The notes under the pieces: model-generated | What the model was told of the DNA's origin: nothing | Seen by the model: the letters and a program-made list of their open reading frames with translations, nothing else | Database searches by the model: none | Translations under genes and position numbers: made by a program | Source of the DNA: an uncultured Pelagibacteraceae bacterium | GTDB lineage: Bacteria; Pseudomonadota; Alphaproteobacteria; Pelagibacterales; Pelagibacteraceae | Reading direction: 5' to 3' | NCBI GenBank assembly: GCA_902598655.1 | Contig: CACKCQ010000002.1 | Span: 71,744 to 135,743 of the forward strand | DNA: 64,000 nt | Shown: positions 20,325 to 30,334 of the stretch, piece by piece | Position numbering within the stretch: the stretch's first letter is position 1 | Layout of the letters: every line of letters begins with the position of its first letter

Positions 20325-20400
20325 TGGCTCCTCGGGCAGGACTCGAACCTGCGACCAATTGATTAACAGTCAACTGCTCTACCAACTGAGCTACCGAGGA
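20325..20400 (-). tRNA. tRNA-Asn(GTT)
   Basis: Reverse complement TCCTCGGTAGCTCAG...GACTGTTAATC...GTTCGAGTCC...GCCA; 76 nt. Confidence 0.97.
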
Positions 20401-20453
20401 ATGTAAAATCACAACTTACTTTTTTTTTATATTATCTCAACAAAAATAAATTG

Positions 20454-20527
20454 TGGAGGCAACGCCCGGAATCGAACCGGGATACAAGGATTTGCAATCC
20501 TCTGCGTAACCATTCCGCCACGTTGCC
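20454..20527 (-). tRNA. tRNA-Cys(GCA)
   Basis: Reverse complement GGCAACG...GAGGATTGCAAATCCTT...GTTCGATTCC...CGTTGCCTCCA; 74 nt. Confidence 0.97.
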
Positions 20528-20642
20528 ATGAATTAAATATTCAATGAGGTCATATATAATTAATTTTATAATTTAGTCTATAAATTTAACGGATAATTTC
20601 ATTGTTGTTTATTGATATGATTAATTTATAAAATAATTACCC

Positions 20643-23270
20643 ATGAGTTCAGACAAATATATTCACGAAAATGTTGAAAATAAGATTTATTCTTATTGGG
20701 AAGAAAAAAATTTATTTAAACCAAAATCTAACAAAAAACAATTTTCTATAGTTATCCCGCCACCAAATGTAACTGGTAGTCTTCATATGGGTCATGCGCT
20801 AAATAATTCTATTCAAGATTTATTAACTCGATATCATAGAATGAATAATTTTGAAACGTTATGGCAACCTGGAACTGACCATGCGGGTATTGCTACACAG
20901 GCATTAGTAGAAAAAAAGCTTAAATCTGAAGGTATCGATAAAAATGATTTAGGTAGAGAAAAGTTTATTGAAAAAGTTTGGGAATGGAAAGGTCAATATG
21001 GTGATATTATTATTAATCAATTAAAAAAATTAGGCTGTTCATGTGACTGGTCTAGAAATGCCTTTACCATGGACGATAATCTATCAAAATCTGTATTAAA
21101 AGTTTTTGTTGAAATGCACAAAAGCGGATTAATTTACAAATCAAAAAAATTAGTAAATTGGGACACAGTTTTAAAAACGGCAATATCAGATTTAGAAGTA
21201 GATCAAAGAGAAGTTAATTCAAAACTATATCACATCAAATATCCAATCGAGGGATCTGATAAATTTATAACTATTGCAACTACTAGACCAGAAACCATGT
21301 TAGGAGATACAGCAGTTGCAGTTAATCCATCAGATGAAAGATATAAATCTTTAATAAATAAAAATGTAATAGTTCCAATAGTTGATAGAAAAATAAAAAT
21401 TATAGAAGATGATTATGCTGATCCTGAACAAGGGACTGGAGCTGTTAAAATTACACCAGCACATGATTTCAATGATTATGAAGTAGGAGAGAGAAATAAT
21501 TTAGAAGTCATAAATGTTTTTACACCGGATGGTAAAATTAATGAAAATGCTCCTGATAATTATATTGGACTTGATCGATTTGAAGCGAGAAAAAGAATTT
21601 TAAAAGAACTTTCCGATAAAAACTTATTTGTTAAAGAAGAAAAAATTAAAAATAAAGTTCCATATGGTGACAGATCTAATTCAATAATCGAACCTTATTT
21701 AACTGAACAGTGGTTTGTAGATGCTAAAAAACTTTCAATTAAAGCTAAAGAAATAGTAAATAATAAAACAACTAATTTTTTTCCCGTTAATTGGACAAAA
21801 ACTTATTTTCAATGGATGGACAATATAGAACCATGGTGTATCTCAAGACAGCTTTGGTGGGGACATCAAATACCTGCATGGTATGGACCTGATGGAGAAA
21901 TATTTGTAGATGAAACAGAAGAAGGTGCAAATAAATTAGCTAAAGAACACTATAAAAAAGATGTCGAATTAATAAGAGATCCAGATGTTCTTGATACATG
22001 GTTTTCATCAGGCCTATGGCCTTTTGCAACATTAGGATGGCCAGAAAAAAATGAATATTTAGAAAAATTTTATCCAACTTCAGTATTGGTAACAGGATTT
22101 GATATCATTTTCTTTTGGGTTGCAAGAATGATTATGTTTGGAATGGAATTTCAAAATAAAGAACCTTTTAAAAATATTTATGTTCATGCATTAGTTAGAG
22201 ATGAAAAAGGTCAAAAAATGTCAAAGTCAAAAGGCAATGTGATTGACCCATTAGAGTTAATTGAAAAATATAGTGCTGATGCATTAAGATTTACACTTTT
22301 ATCAATGGCATCTCCAGGACGAGATGTAAAGTTATCAGAGGATAGAGTTAAAGGTTATAGAAATTTTTTAAATAAAATATGGAACGCAAATAACTTTCTT
22401 ATTCAAAATGATTGTAAATTTGAAAATATAGAAACACCTAATGATTTAAAACTAAATATAAATAAATGGATATTTGTTGAATTCACTAATACTAACGAAA
22501 AGATTAAAAAATCAATTGATAGTTATCGATTTGATGAGGCTGCAAGAATTGCATATCAATTTGTATGGCATTCCTTCTGTGACTGGTATTTAGAATTATC
22601 TAAAACTGTCTTTTATTCAGAAAATAATGAAAATATCGAAGAAACAAGAAATGTAGCTAGCTTCATATTCACTCAAATTCTAGTTATTTTGCACCCATTC
22701 ATTCCATTTTTAACTGAGGAAATATGGTTAAAAAATAAATTGGATAAAGACGGAAAAGATTTTCTTATGTTAAAAAACTGGTCTGAAGCCAGTACGAATA
22801 AAGATAAAGACTCTGATGAAGTAAATGAAATAATTGAATTTGTCTCATCTATACGGTCTTTTAAAAATGAAATAGAAATAAGTCCTGGATCATTTGTCAA
22901 AATATTAGTTAATAAAATAAATCCTGAAATTAAGAAATTTATTGAAAATAACTCTAATACATTAAAAAAAATTGGCAGAATTAACGAATTTGTAAATGAA
23001 GATATTAAAAAACCTTCAGCAAACTTGGTCATTAAAGGTGAAATATTTAAAATTTACTTTGATGAAGATGTAGATTTGTCAAAAATTAAAGAAACACTAT
23101 TAAATAAAAAGAATAAAATTGAGAAAGAAATGGAAAAAATTAATACAAGGCTAAATAATAAAAGTTTTATGGAAAGAGCTCCAAATGATATTGTAGAACA
23201 AGAAAAGTCTAACTTTATTAATTTAGAAAAAGATGTTAATAAATTAAATTATACTTTAGAAAGTCTATAA
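20643..23270 (+). CDS. valS: Valine--tRNA ligase
   Basis: [13 protein letters not shown] (HIGH), [11 protein letters not shown] and KMSKS motifs; C-terminal coiled coil. Confidence 0.99.
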   Translation: MSSDKYIHENVENKIYSYWEEKNLFKPKSNKKQFSIVIPPPNVTGSLHMGHALNNSIQDLLTRYHRMNNFETLWQPGTDHAGIATQALVEKKLKSEGIDKNDLGREKFIEKVWEWKGQYGDIIINQLKKLGCSCDWSRNAFTMDDNLSKSVLKVFVEMHKSGLIYKSKKLVNWDTVLKTAISDLEVDQREVNSKLYHIKYPIEGSDKFITIATTRPETMLGDTAVAVNPSDERYKSLINKNVIVPIVDRKIKIIEDDYADPEQGTGAVKITPAHDFNDYEVGERNNLEVINVFTPDGKINENAPDNYIGLDRFEARKRILKELSDKNLFVKEEKIKNKVPYGDRSNSIIEPYLTEQWFVDAKKLSIKAKEIVNNKTTNFFPVNWTKTYFQWMDNIEPWCISRQLWWGHQIPAWYGPDGEIFVDETEEGANKLAKEHYKKDVELIRDPDVLDTWFSSGLWPFATLGWPEKNEYLEKFYPTSVLVTGFDIIFFWVARMIMFGMEFQNKEPFKNIYVHALVRDEKGQKMSKSKGNVIDPLELIEKYSADALRFTLLSMASPGRDVKLSEDRVKGYRNFLNKIWNANNFLIQNDCKFENIETPNDLKLNINKWIFVEFTNTNEKIKKSIDSYRFDEAARIAYQFVWHSFCDWYLELSKTVFYSENNENIEETRNVASFIFTQILVILHPFIPFLTEEIWLKNKLDKDGKDFLMLKNWSEASTNKDKDSDEVNEIIEFVSSIRSFKNEIEISPGSFVKILVNKINPEIKKFIENNSNTLKKIGRINEFVNEDIKKPSANLVIKGEIFKIYFDEDVDLSKIKETLLNKKNKIEKEMEKINTRLNNKSFMERAPNDIVEQEKSNFINLEKDVNKLNYTLESL

Positions 23271-24988
23271 TGCGGAAATTTAATAAAAAAAAACTACCAA
23301 GTAGATATACGACAGTAGGTGCTGACAGAGCTCCTCAAAGATCCTTTTATTATGCGATGGATTTAACAGAAAAAGATGTTGCAAAACCTTTTGTTGGTGT
23401 TGTTTCAACTTGGAACGAGGCTGCACCTTGTAATATTAATTTAATGAAACAAGCTCAATTTGTAAAACAAGGTGTAAATGCATCAGGAGGAACTCCTAGA
23501 GAATTTTGTACAATAACTGTTACTGATGGTATTGCTATGGGTCATGAAGGAATGAAATCTTCATTGATTTCAAGAGATGTAATTGCAGATTCTACCGAAT
23601 TAACTGTAAGAGGTCATTGTTATGATGCTTTAGTTGGTTTAGCAGGATGTGATAAATCTTTACCAGGACTAATGATGTCTATGGTGAGATTAAATATTCC
23701 TAGTGTATTTATTTATGGAGGTTCAATACTTCCAGGTAGATTTGAAGGTAAGGATGTTACTGTTGTTGATGTTTTTGAAGGTGTTGGAAAATATACATCT
23801 AAAAAAATGACAGCCCACGCTCTTAGAAAATTAGAATTAAAAGCTTGTCCTAGTGCAGGTGCTTGTGGTGGTCAATTTACTGCAAATACAATGGCATGTG
23901 TTTCAGAAGCAATTGGATTAGCTTTACCATATTCAGCTGGTACTCCTGCTCCTTATAAAGAAAGACACAAGTACGCAATTAATAGCGGTAAAGCTGTAAT
24001 GAAACTTTTAGAAAAAAATATTAGACCAAGAGATATCGTTACAAGAAAAGCATTAGAAAATGCTGCAACAGTTGTTGCTGCAACTGGAGGATCTACTAAT
24101 GCAGGCTTGCATTTACCTGCAATTGCAAATGAAATTGGAATTAAATTTGATTTAATGGATGTTGCAAAAATTTTTAAAAGAACTCCTTATCTTGCTGATT
24201 TAAAACCTGGTGGAAAATATGTTGCAAAAGATATGTGGGAAGCAGGTGGTGTTCCAATGCTTTTAAAAACTCTTTACGATGGTGGATATATTCATGGAGA
24301 TTGTATGACCGTTACAGGAAAGACAATGAGAGAGAATTTAAAAAATGTGAAATTTAATCCAAAACAAAAAGTAATGAGAAGTTATAAAAACCCAATTACG
24401 CCAACTGGTGGTGTTGTTGGATTAAGAGGTAATTTAGCTCCAGAAGGTGGAATTGTTAAAATTGCAGGTTTGAAAAAATTACAATTTACTGGAAGAGCAA
24501 GATGTTTTGACTCTGAAGAAAAAGCTTACAAAGCTGTAAAAGAAAGAAAATACAAAGACGGTGATATAATTATAATTAGATACGAAGGTCCAAAAGGTGG
24601 TCCAGGAATGAGAGAAATGTTGCAGACAACAGCTGCAATTTATGGTCAAGGAAAAGGGGAGAAAGTAGCCCTAATAACGGACGGTAGGTTCTCTGGGGCT
24701 ACCAGAGGCTTCTGTATCGGTCATGTGGGTCCTGAGGCCTCTATAGGCGGTCCAATAGCCCTTTTAAAGAACGGTGATATAATTGATATAGATGCAAAAA
24801 AGGGGACTATTAATGTTAGATTAAGTAAAAAAGAGCTTAGTTTGAGAAAAAAGAAATGGAAACAAAGAAAAATGAACTTTGGAAACGGAACTCTTTGGAA
24901 ATATGCTCAAACAGTAGGTCCAGCTTACTTAGGAGCACCTACGCATCCAGGTGGTAAAAACGAGGTTAAAACATACGCAGATATTTGA
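23270..24988 (+). CDS. ilvD: Dihydroxy-acid dehydratase
   Basis: [27 protein letters not shown] and TDGRFSGAT motifs. Confidence 0.97.
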   Translation: MRKFNKKKLPSRYTTVGADRAPQRSFYYAMDLTEKDVAKPFVGVVSTWNEAAPCNINLMKQAQFVKQGVNASGGTPREFCTITVTDGIAMGHEGMKSSLISRDVIADSTELTVRGHCYDALVGLAGCDKSLPGLMMSMVRLNIPSVFIYGGSILPGRFEGKDVTVVDVFEGVGKYTSKKMTAHALRKLELKACPSAGACGGQFTANTMACVSEAIGLALPYSAGTPAPYKERHKYAINSGKAVMKLLEKNIRPRDIVTRKALENAATVVAATGGSTNAGLHLPAIANEIGIKFDLMDVAKIFKRTPYLADLKPGGKYVAKDMWEAGGVPMLLKTLYDGGYIHGDCMTVTGKTMRENLKNVKFNPKQKVMRSYKNPITPTGGVVGLRGNLAPEGGIVKIAGLKKLQFTGRARCFDSEEKAYKAVKERKYKDGDIIIIRYEGPKGGPGMREMLQTTAAIYGQGKGEKVALITDGRFSGATRGFCIGHVGPEASIGGPIALLKNGDIIDIDAKKGTINVRLSKKELSLRKKKWKQRKMNFGNGTLWKYAQTVGPAYLGAPTHPGGKNEVKTYADI

Positions 24989-26190
24989 TGAAAATTAGAC
25001 CTGTAATACTTTGTGGTGGTGCAGGAACACGACTTTGGCCCAATTTAAAAAATACTCAAGCAAAACAATTTATTGATTTTGGTGGTTGGAGTTTATTACA
25101 AAAAGCTTTTGAAAGAATAAATAATAACTCTTACGATTTTCCAATTATCAGTACAAATCTGAAATATTTAAAAGATGTTAAGAAAACATTAAAAAAATCT
25201 AAAATAAAAAAATATAAAATAATATTAGAACCAGCCAAAAAAAATACAGCACCAGCTATCTTAGTAAGTGCTTTAATTAAAGATATTCCAACTGATCAAC
25301 CAATAATGTTTTTTACTTCAGATCATTTAATTGAAAATCCAAGTATTTTAACAAGATCATTAAAAAATAATGTTAAAAATTTAAGTGATCAAAATATATT
25401 TATATTTGGGATTAAACCTACAAGACCATCTAATGAGTACGGATATTTAAAAACTAAAAGTATTAATAAGTTAAATAAAGTAACTAAATTTATTGAAAAA
25501 CCAACAGAGCAAAAAGCTAAAAAGATAATCAAATCCGGAGGCTTTTGGAATTCTGGTATGTTTTACTTAAAAAAATCATCAATAATTAATAATTTTAAAA
25601 AATATCAGCCTAGTATTTATAATGCATGTCTAAAATCTTTAGAAAAATCTAAGGTTAGTAATAATACATATTTTTTGAGTAAAAAATTCTTTGATAAATG
25701 TAAGGAAATTTCATTTGATTATGCAATTCTTGAAAAATCAAAAGATATAAATTCAATAAAACTTAGTATTCAATGGTCAGATCTTGGTAATTGGTTTGAA
25801 ATATCAAAAATATATAAAAAAAATAAAAATAAATACTTTAAGAAAAAAAATGTTTTTCATAGACCATGGGGAAGATATACAAACCTATACGAGGGTAAAA
25901 ACTTTTTGGTAAAGGAATTAGTAGTTAATCCTAACTCTAAATTAAGCTTACAAAAGCATTTTCATAGATCTGAATATTGGACTATTACTTATGGAAAACC
26001 TCTAATTACATTAAACAAGAAGAATTTCTTTAAAAAACCAGGAGAAAAAATTTTCATACCAAAAGAAGCAATCCATCGAATAGAAAATAAATTTAAGAAA
26101 AAAGTAAAAATTATTGAAATACAAACTGGACCTATTTTAAAAGAAACAGATATAGTTAGATATCAAGATATTTACGGTAGAGTGAATTAA
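24988..26190 (+). CDS. manC: Mannose-1-phosphate guanylyltransferase / cupin mannose-6-phosphate isomerase
   Basis: LCGGAGTRLWP, NTAPA, FIEKP and WSDLG motifs, then cupin RPWG...SLQKH..RSEYW. Confidence 0.9.
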   Translation: MKIRPVILCGGAGTRLWPNLKNTQAKQFIDFGGWSLLQKAFERINNNSYDFPIISTNLKYLKDVKKTLKKSKIKKYKIILEPAKKNTAPAILVSALIKDIPTDQPIMFFTSDHLIENPSILTRSLKNNVKNLSDQNIFIFGIKPTRPSNEYGYLKTKSINKLNKVTKFIEKPTEQKAKKIIKSGGFWNSGMFYLKKSSIINNFKKYQPSIYNACLKSLEKSKVSNNTYFLSKKFFDKCKEISFDYAILEKSKDINSIKLSIQWSDLGNWFEISKIYKKNKNKYFKKKNVFHRPWGRYTNLYEGKNFLVKELVVNPNSKLSLQKHFHRSEYWTITYGKPLITLNKKNFFKKPGEKIFIPKEAIHRIENKFKKKVKIIEIQTGPILKETDIVRYQDIYGRVN

Positions 26191-26198
26191 TACTCTTT

Positions 26199-27038
26199 AT
26201 GGATACATTAGTATTTTCTGTCGTTTTATTGGCAGCACTACTTCATGCCACTTGGAATGGTATGGTCAAAAAACACTCAGATAAAGCAGTTGCTCTAGCA
26301 GGTATAATTTTAGGGCATATACCTTTTTCAATTGTTGCAATCATCTTATTACCGGCACCCTCAATAGAAAGTATACCTTATATTTTCGCAAGTATTGTTG
26401 TTCACATTGGTTATCAATGGTTCTTACTTAAATCATATGAAATTGGAGATTTGACAAAAGTCTACCCTATAGCAAGAGGCACAGGCCCCTTATTTGTAAC
26501 TGTAGTCTCAATTTTATTTTTAGGCGTTGTTTTAAATAAGTTTATTTTGATCTCTATTTTCTTAATATGTTTTGGTATTTTTTTTCTTGGTATTTCTGAT
26601 TATAAAAACAGTAGCTTAAATGTAATTAAATTTTCTTTTACAACAGGTTTGTTTATTGGCTCATACTCACTTGTAGATGGATATGGAGCAAGAGTGAGTA
26701 ATTCTGCAATATCTTTTGTTAGCTGGTCTTTCATATTAAACGCTATGATTTTCCCATTTATTCTTAGTTTAAGAGGTCAAAAAGATATTATTAAAAGGAT
26801 TTATAGAGACGGTAAAATGATATTTTTTTATGGTGTAACATTATCATATGCTAGTTATGCCTTGGCTGTATGGGCATTTACAAAAGCTCCAATACCTGTT
26901 GTTACATCTTTAAGAGAAACAAGTATTTTATTATCAATATTTATTGGATATTTTTTATTAAAAGAAAGTATCAATTTAAAAAAAATCATATCAATTTTAT
27001 TTATTTTAATAGGTGTGATTGGGATTAAATTATTTTAA
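26199..27038 (+). CDS. EamA/DMT-family transporter
   Basis: About 10 TM segments; LHATWN, VYPIARG and LRETS motifs. Confidence 0.9.
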   Translation: MDTLVFSVVLLAALLHATWNGMVKKHSDKAVALAGIILGHIPFSIVAIILLPAPSIESIPYIFASIVVHIGYQWFLLKSYEIGDLTKVYPIARGTGPLFVTVVSILFLGVVLNKFILISIFLICFGIFFLGISDYKNSSLNVIKFSFTTGLFIGSYSLVDGYGARVSNSAISFVSWSFILNAMIFPFILSLRGQKDIIKRIYRDGKMIFFYGVTLSYASYALAVWAFTKAPIPVVTSLRETSILLSIFIGYFLLKESINLKKIISILFILIGVIGIKLF

Positions 27039-27158
27039 TTAAATTGTAACAATATATAAATATTTTAGTCATTAAAGTTTACTAAAAATGATTAACAAAA
27101 TTTTTAAATAATAAAATATCTTCATTTCCTCTTTGTTTAAAATTTTGTTGATTAACTA

Positions 27159-27190
27159 CCTTCCCCTTTTTGTTATAAAAAAGGGGAGGG
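27159..27190. terminator. GC-rich hairpin between convergent eamA and the Lys-rich ORF (possible terminator, atypical)
   Basis: CCTTCCCCTTTTT-GTTAT-AAAAAAGGGGAGGG; no external U-tract on either strand. Confidence 0.5.
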
Positions 27191-27204
27191 ACAATTTTTA
27201 TATA

Positions 27205-27414
27205 TTAATTATTTACAGACGCAGGACTCTCACTGGTTTTCTTTTTAGCTAATTTTTTTGCTTTTTTTTCGGCAACTTTTTTTTCAATACCTGCAATTTT
27301 TATATTAATTTTAGCTAGTTTTTTTTCCTTTAAATTAATTTTATTTTTAAGTTTATCTATTGATTTGATAAACCTTTTTTTTCTTCTTTCATTTTTCTTT
27401 AACTTCTTACCCAT
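27205..27414 (-). CDS. Small, very basic Lys-rich protein of unknown function (69 aa)
   Basis: Perfect AGGAGG SD (27420-27425) 5 nt before the ATG at 27414; 24 Lys + 3 Arg; co-oriented downstream of the DAG kinase gene. Confidence 0.7.
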   Translation of the reverse strand: MGKKLKKNERRKKRFIKSIDKLKNKINLKEKKLAKINIKIAGIEKKVAEKKAKKLAKKKTSESPASVNN

Positions 27415-27498
27415 CATCACCTCCTATGAAAATTTAAATTATTATATTTAATTTAAATTTCTAAGTAAAATAATTTGTCTAAAATTTTGTTATTAAAA

Positions 27499-28383
27499 TT
27501 AAAGTAAAAAATTTACTTTTTTTTTTGAAAATTCAATATCAATCTTATTGTGACATCCAAAATTATCACCATCAACCTGAACGGGAATTTCAAAATTATT
27601 GCAATTAATTTGGATACTTTTTGAATAGGTAGTTATAACAGACTTGTTTCTTGATAAATCTCCATAAATAATTATCAAAATAATATAATACATTAATTTT
27701 AGCCTACTTAAATCTTTAAAGACATAAGTTATTAATCTATCATCAAAAATGTTTGACTTATTTATCTTATGATGACCAGCATAATATTTGGTATTAGAGC
27801 TTAATATCCAATCAGCTTGATGTTTTTGACCATCAAAGAAAACATCAAGTTTATTATTTTTCATAAATAAAAAATGCTGAAACCCTTTTAAACCAAATAT
27901 TATCTTGCCAAGTATTTTTTTTATACGTGTATCAATAGAGTGAACAATTTTAGCATCCCAACCAATACCAGCCATTAAAAAAAAATAATTTTTATTTATT
28001 TTAATAAGATTAGATTGTTTATAATTATTTGATGTTAAAATATTACAAATATCGTCTACTTTTTTATTTATCGATAACTCTGCTTGAAGTAAATTGGCTG
28101 TTCCAGCCGGTATATACCCAATTGCAAATTTATCATTAAAATCAAAGTCATTTTTTATCAATTCATTGATAGCAAATGATACTGATCCATCTCCACCAGC
28201 AACTATCAATCTATCATAATTTTTATTTTTAAATTCCAAAAATATTTCTTTCGCCTCTTTTTCAGATTTAGTTTTGAAATAATCTACAGAGTTGTTAATT
28301 TTTAATTTTTCATAAATCTTATTTACAAATTTTATTTTTTTCCCTGTTGAAGAATTAAGGTTATAAATCAAACAATAATGCAT
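27499..28383 (-). CDS. Diacylglycerol/lipid kinase family protein (DgkB/YegS-like)
   Basis: IVAGGDGS, IPAGTANLL, MAGIGWDA and QVDGD motifs. Confidence 0.9.
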   Translation of the reverse strand: MHYCLIYNLNSSTGKKIKFVNKIYEKLKINNSVDYFKTKSEKEAKEIFLEFKNKNYDRLIVAGGDGSVSFAINELIKNDFDFNDKFAIGYIPAGTANLLQAELSINKKVDDICNILTSNNYKQSNLIKINKNYFFLMAGIGWDAKIVHSIDTRIKKILGKIIFGLKGFQHFLFMKNNKLDVFFDGQKHQADWILSSNTKYYAGHHKINKSNIFDDRLITYVFKDLSRLKLMYYIILIIIYGDLSRNKSVITTYSKSIQINCNNFEIPVQVDGDNFGCHNKIDIEFSKKKVNFLL

Positions 28384-28390
28384 AATTTTT

Positions 28391-28419
28391 TCGTAACTAA
28401 TTTTTAATAAATCTTTAAC
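28391..28419 (+). promoter_or_regulatory. Pho box (three half-sites) oriented toward plcP
   Basis: TCGTAAC-TAAT-TTTTAAT-AAAT-CTTTAAC; 11-bp periodicity resembling the CTGTCAT-N4 consensus. Confidence 0.65.
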
Positions 28420-28450
28420 ATTTCAATGACATAAGAACTAAATGATTCGA

Positions 28451-28468
28451 GTTACAGTTGTGTTACAA
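28451..28468 (-). promoter_or_regulatory. Pho box oriented toward the DAG kinase gene
   Basis: Minus strand reads TTGTAAC-ACAA-CTGTAAC, a close match to the PhoB direct repeat. Confidence 0.7.
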
Positions 28469-28482
28469 AATAGGTTTTTTTA

Positions 28483-29289
28483 ATGCCTCCGTTATTAAAA
28501 TATAAGAGTATATTTATATCTGATGTACATCTTGGTACCAAAGGTTGTCGAGCTAATAAGCTTTTAGAATTTTTTAAGAATTCAAGATCCGAGAACCTTT
28601 ATTTAGTTGGAGATATAATCGATGTTTGGGCAATGCAAAAGAGTTTCTATTGGCCTCAAGAGCATAATGATGTCATACAAAAAATATTGAGAAAAGCCAG
28701 GCACGGGACAAAAGTATTTTACATAATTGGAAATCATGATGAGATATTTAGAAAATTTATTCCAATGCATTTAGGTGATATTAAAATAGTAAATAGAGTT
28801 ATTCATGAAACGCAGTTAGGAAAAAAATATTTAGTTGTTCATGGTGATGCTTGGGACGGAGTAATGAAATATGCTAAATGGCTTTCTAAATTAGGAGCCA
28901 TTGCTTATGAATTGTTACTTAAAATTAATGTTATTATAAATTTTTTTAGAAAATTGAGAGGTAAAGACTATTGGTCATTAGCAAAATTTTTAAAATATAA
29001 GGTAAAAAATGCTGTAAAATTTATAGGTGAATATGAAAACACACTTTCTTCATATGCAAAAAGGAAAAAATTTGATGGAATAATTTGTGGACACATACAT
29101 CATGCTGAAAATTTAAATCTTGATGGTGTTAATTATTTAAATTGTGGCGATTGGGTTGAGTCATGTACAGCCTTGGCAGAAAAATATGATGGAACTTTTG
29201 AGATAATTTATTGGGATAAAAAAAGAAACGAATATATTTCAGAAAATATTGATAATAACAGGATCGGTTCATTCAAAAAAGCATCTTAA
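28483..29289 (+). CDS. plcP: Metallophosphoesterase phospholipase C PlcP (LpxH-like superfamily)
   Basis: SDVHLG, GDIID, GNHD (His rather than the Arg of LpxH), HGD, CGHIH and NCGDWVE motifs; paired with a GT4 next to the pho genes. Confidence 0.85.
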   Translation: MPPLLKYKSIFISDVHLGTKGCRANKLLEFFKNSRSENLYLVGDIIDVWAMQKSFYWPQEHNDVIQKILRKARHGTKVFYIIGNHDEIFRKFIPMHLGDIKIVNRVIHETQLGKKYLVVHGDAWDGVMKYAKWLSKLGAIAYELLLKINVIINFFRKLRGKDYWSLAKFLKYKVKNAVKFIGEYENTLSSYAKRKKFDGIICGHIHHAENLNLDGVNYLNCGDWVESCTALAEKYDGTFEIIYWDKKRNEYISENIDNNRIGSFKKAS

Positions 29290-29292
29290 AGA

Positions 29293-30300
29293 ATGAAAAT
29301 ATTAATTGTTACCGATGCTTATTACCCTCAAGTTAATGGTGTTGTAAGAACTCTCCACGAAACTGGTGAAATTCTTAAATCACAAGGTCAAACTATTGAA
29401 TATATTACTCCTCAACAATTTCTTACCGTGCCAATGCCAAAATATAATGAAATTAGATTGTCCTTAAATGTTTGGCCCCGTGTAAGTAATTTAATTAATT
29501 CAATTAAACCTGATGCAATACATATTGCAACAGAAGGACCCTTAGGGTTTATGGCACGAAGACATTGCATTAAAAATGGCTTAAAATTTACCACAAGTTT
29601 TCACACAAGATTTGATAAATACATGAAACTTTATATGCCTATCATTCCAGCTAAATGGTCAGAAAAATTTTTATGCAATTTTCATAATAAAGCTGAAAGA
29701 ATTTTAGTAACAACAGAATCTATGCGTGAAGAATTAATTTCTTTAGGTATTGATAACAATAAAATGGTTACATGGACCAGAGGAGGTAATCATGGTGCAT
29801 TTAAAAACCCCATTAAGAAAGACTTACCTTATAAAAGACCTATATGGATATATGTTGGAAGAGTTGCTGTTGAAAAAAATATCAAAGCATTTTTAGATTT
29901 AGATCTTGAAGGTACTAAAATTATAATTGGTAAAGGTCCTGATTTAAACAATTTAAAAAAAAAGTTTCCAAAAGACATTTTTTTAGGTGAGAAAACAAAT
30001 GGAGAATTAGCTTCTCATTTTGCATCATCTGATGTTTTTGTATTTCCAAGTAAAACAGATACGTTTGGTATAGTTGTCTTAGAGTCTTTAAATTGTGGCA
30101 CACCAGTCGCAGCTTACCCTGTACCGGGACCTAAAGATATATTAGGGGGTACTAATATTGATACTTTAGATAATGATTTGAAAACCTCTGCTTTAAAAGC
30201 TTTGAAGGTAAGTCGTCAAGATTGTCTTGATTTTGCAAAAAAATATTCTTGGGAGGAAACGGCAAAAATATTTTTTGAAAATATTTCACCTAATAATTAA
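29293..30300 (+). CDS. agt: GT4 glycosyltransferase Agt-like (glucosyl/glucuronosyl-diacylglycerol synthase)
   Basis: TDAYYPQVNGVVRTL, ATEGPLG, YVGRVAVEKN and FPSKTDTFG motifs; directly after plcP. Confidence 0.82.
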   Translation: MKILIVTDAYYPQVNGVVRTLHETGEILKSQGQTIEYITPQQFLTVPMPKYNEIRLSLNVWPRVSNLINSIKPDAIHIATEGPLGFMARRHCIKNGLKFTTSFHTRFDKYMKLYMPIIPAKWSEKFLCNFHNKAERILVTTESMREELISLGIDNNKMVTWTRGGNHGAFKNPIKKDLPYKRPIWIYVGRVAVEKNIKAFLDLDLEGTKIIIGKGPDLNNLKKKFPKDIFLGEKTNGELASHFASSDVFVFPSKTDTFGIVVLESLNCGTPVAAYPVPGPKDILGGTNIDTLDNDLKTSALKALKVSRQDCLDFAKKYSWEETAKIFFENISPNN

Positions 30301-30334
30301 AGACAATATACATTACATTTGTTAAAACATATCC

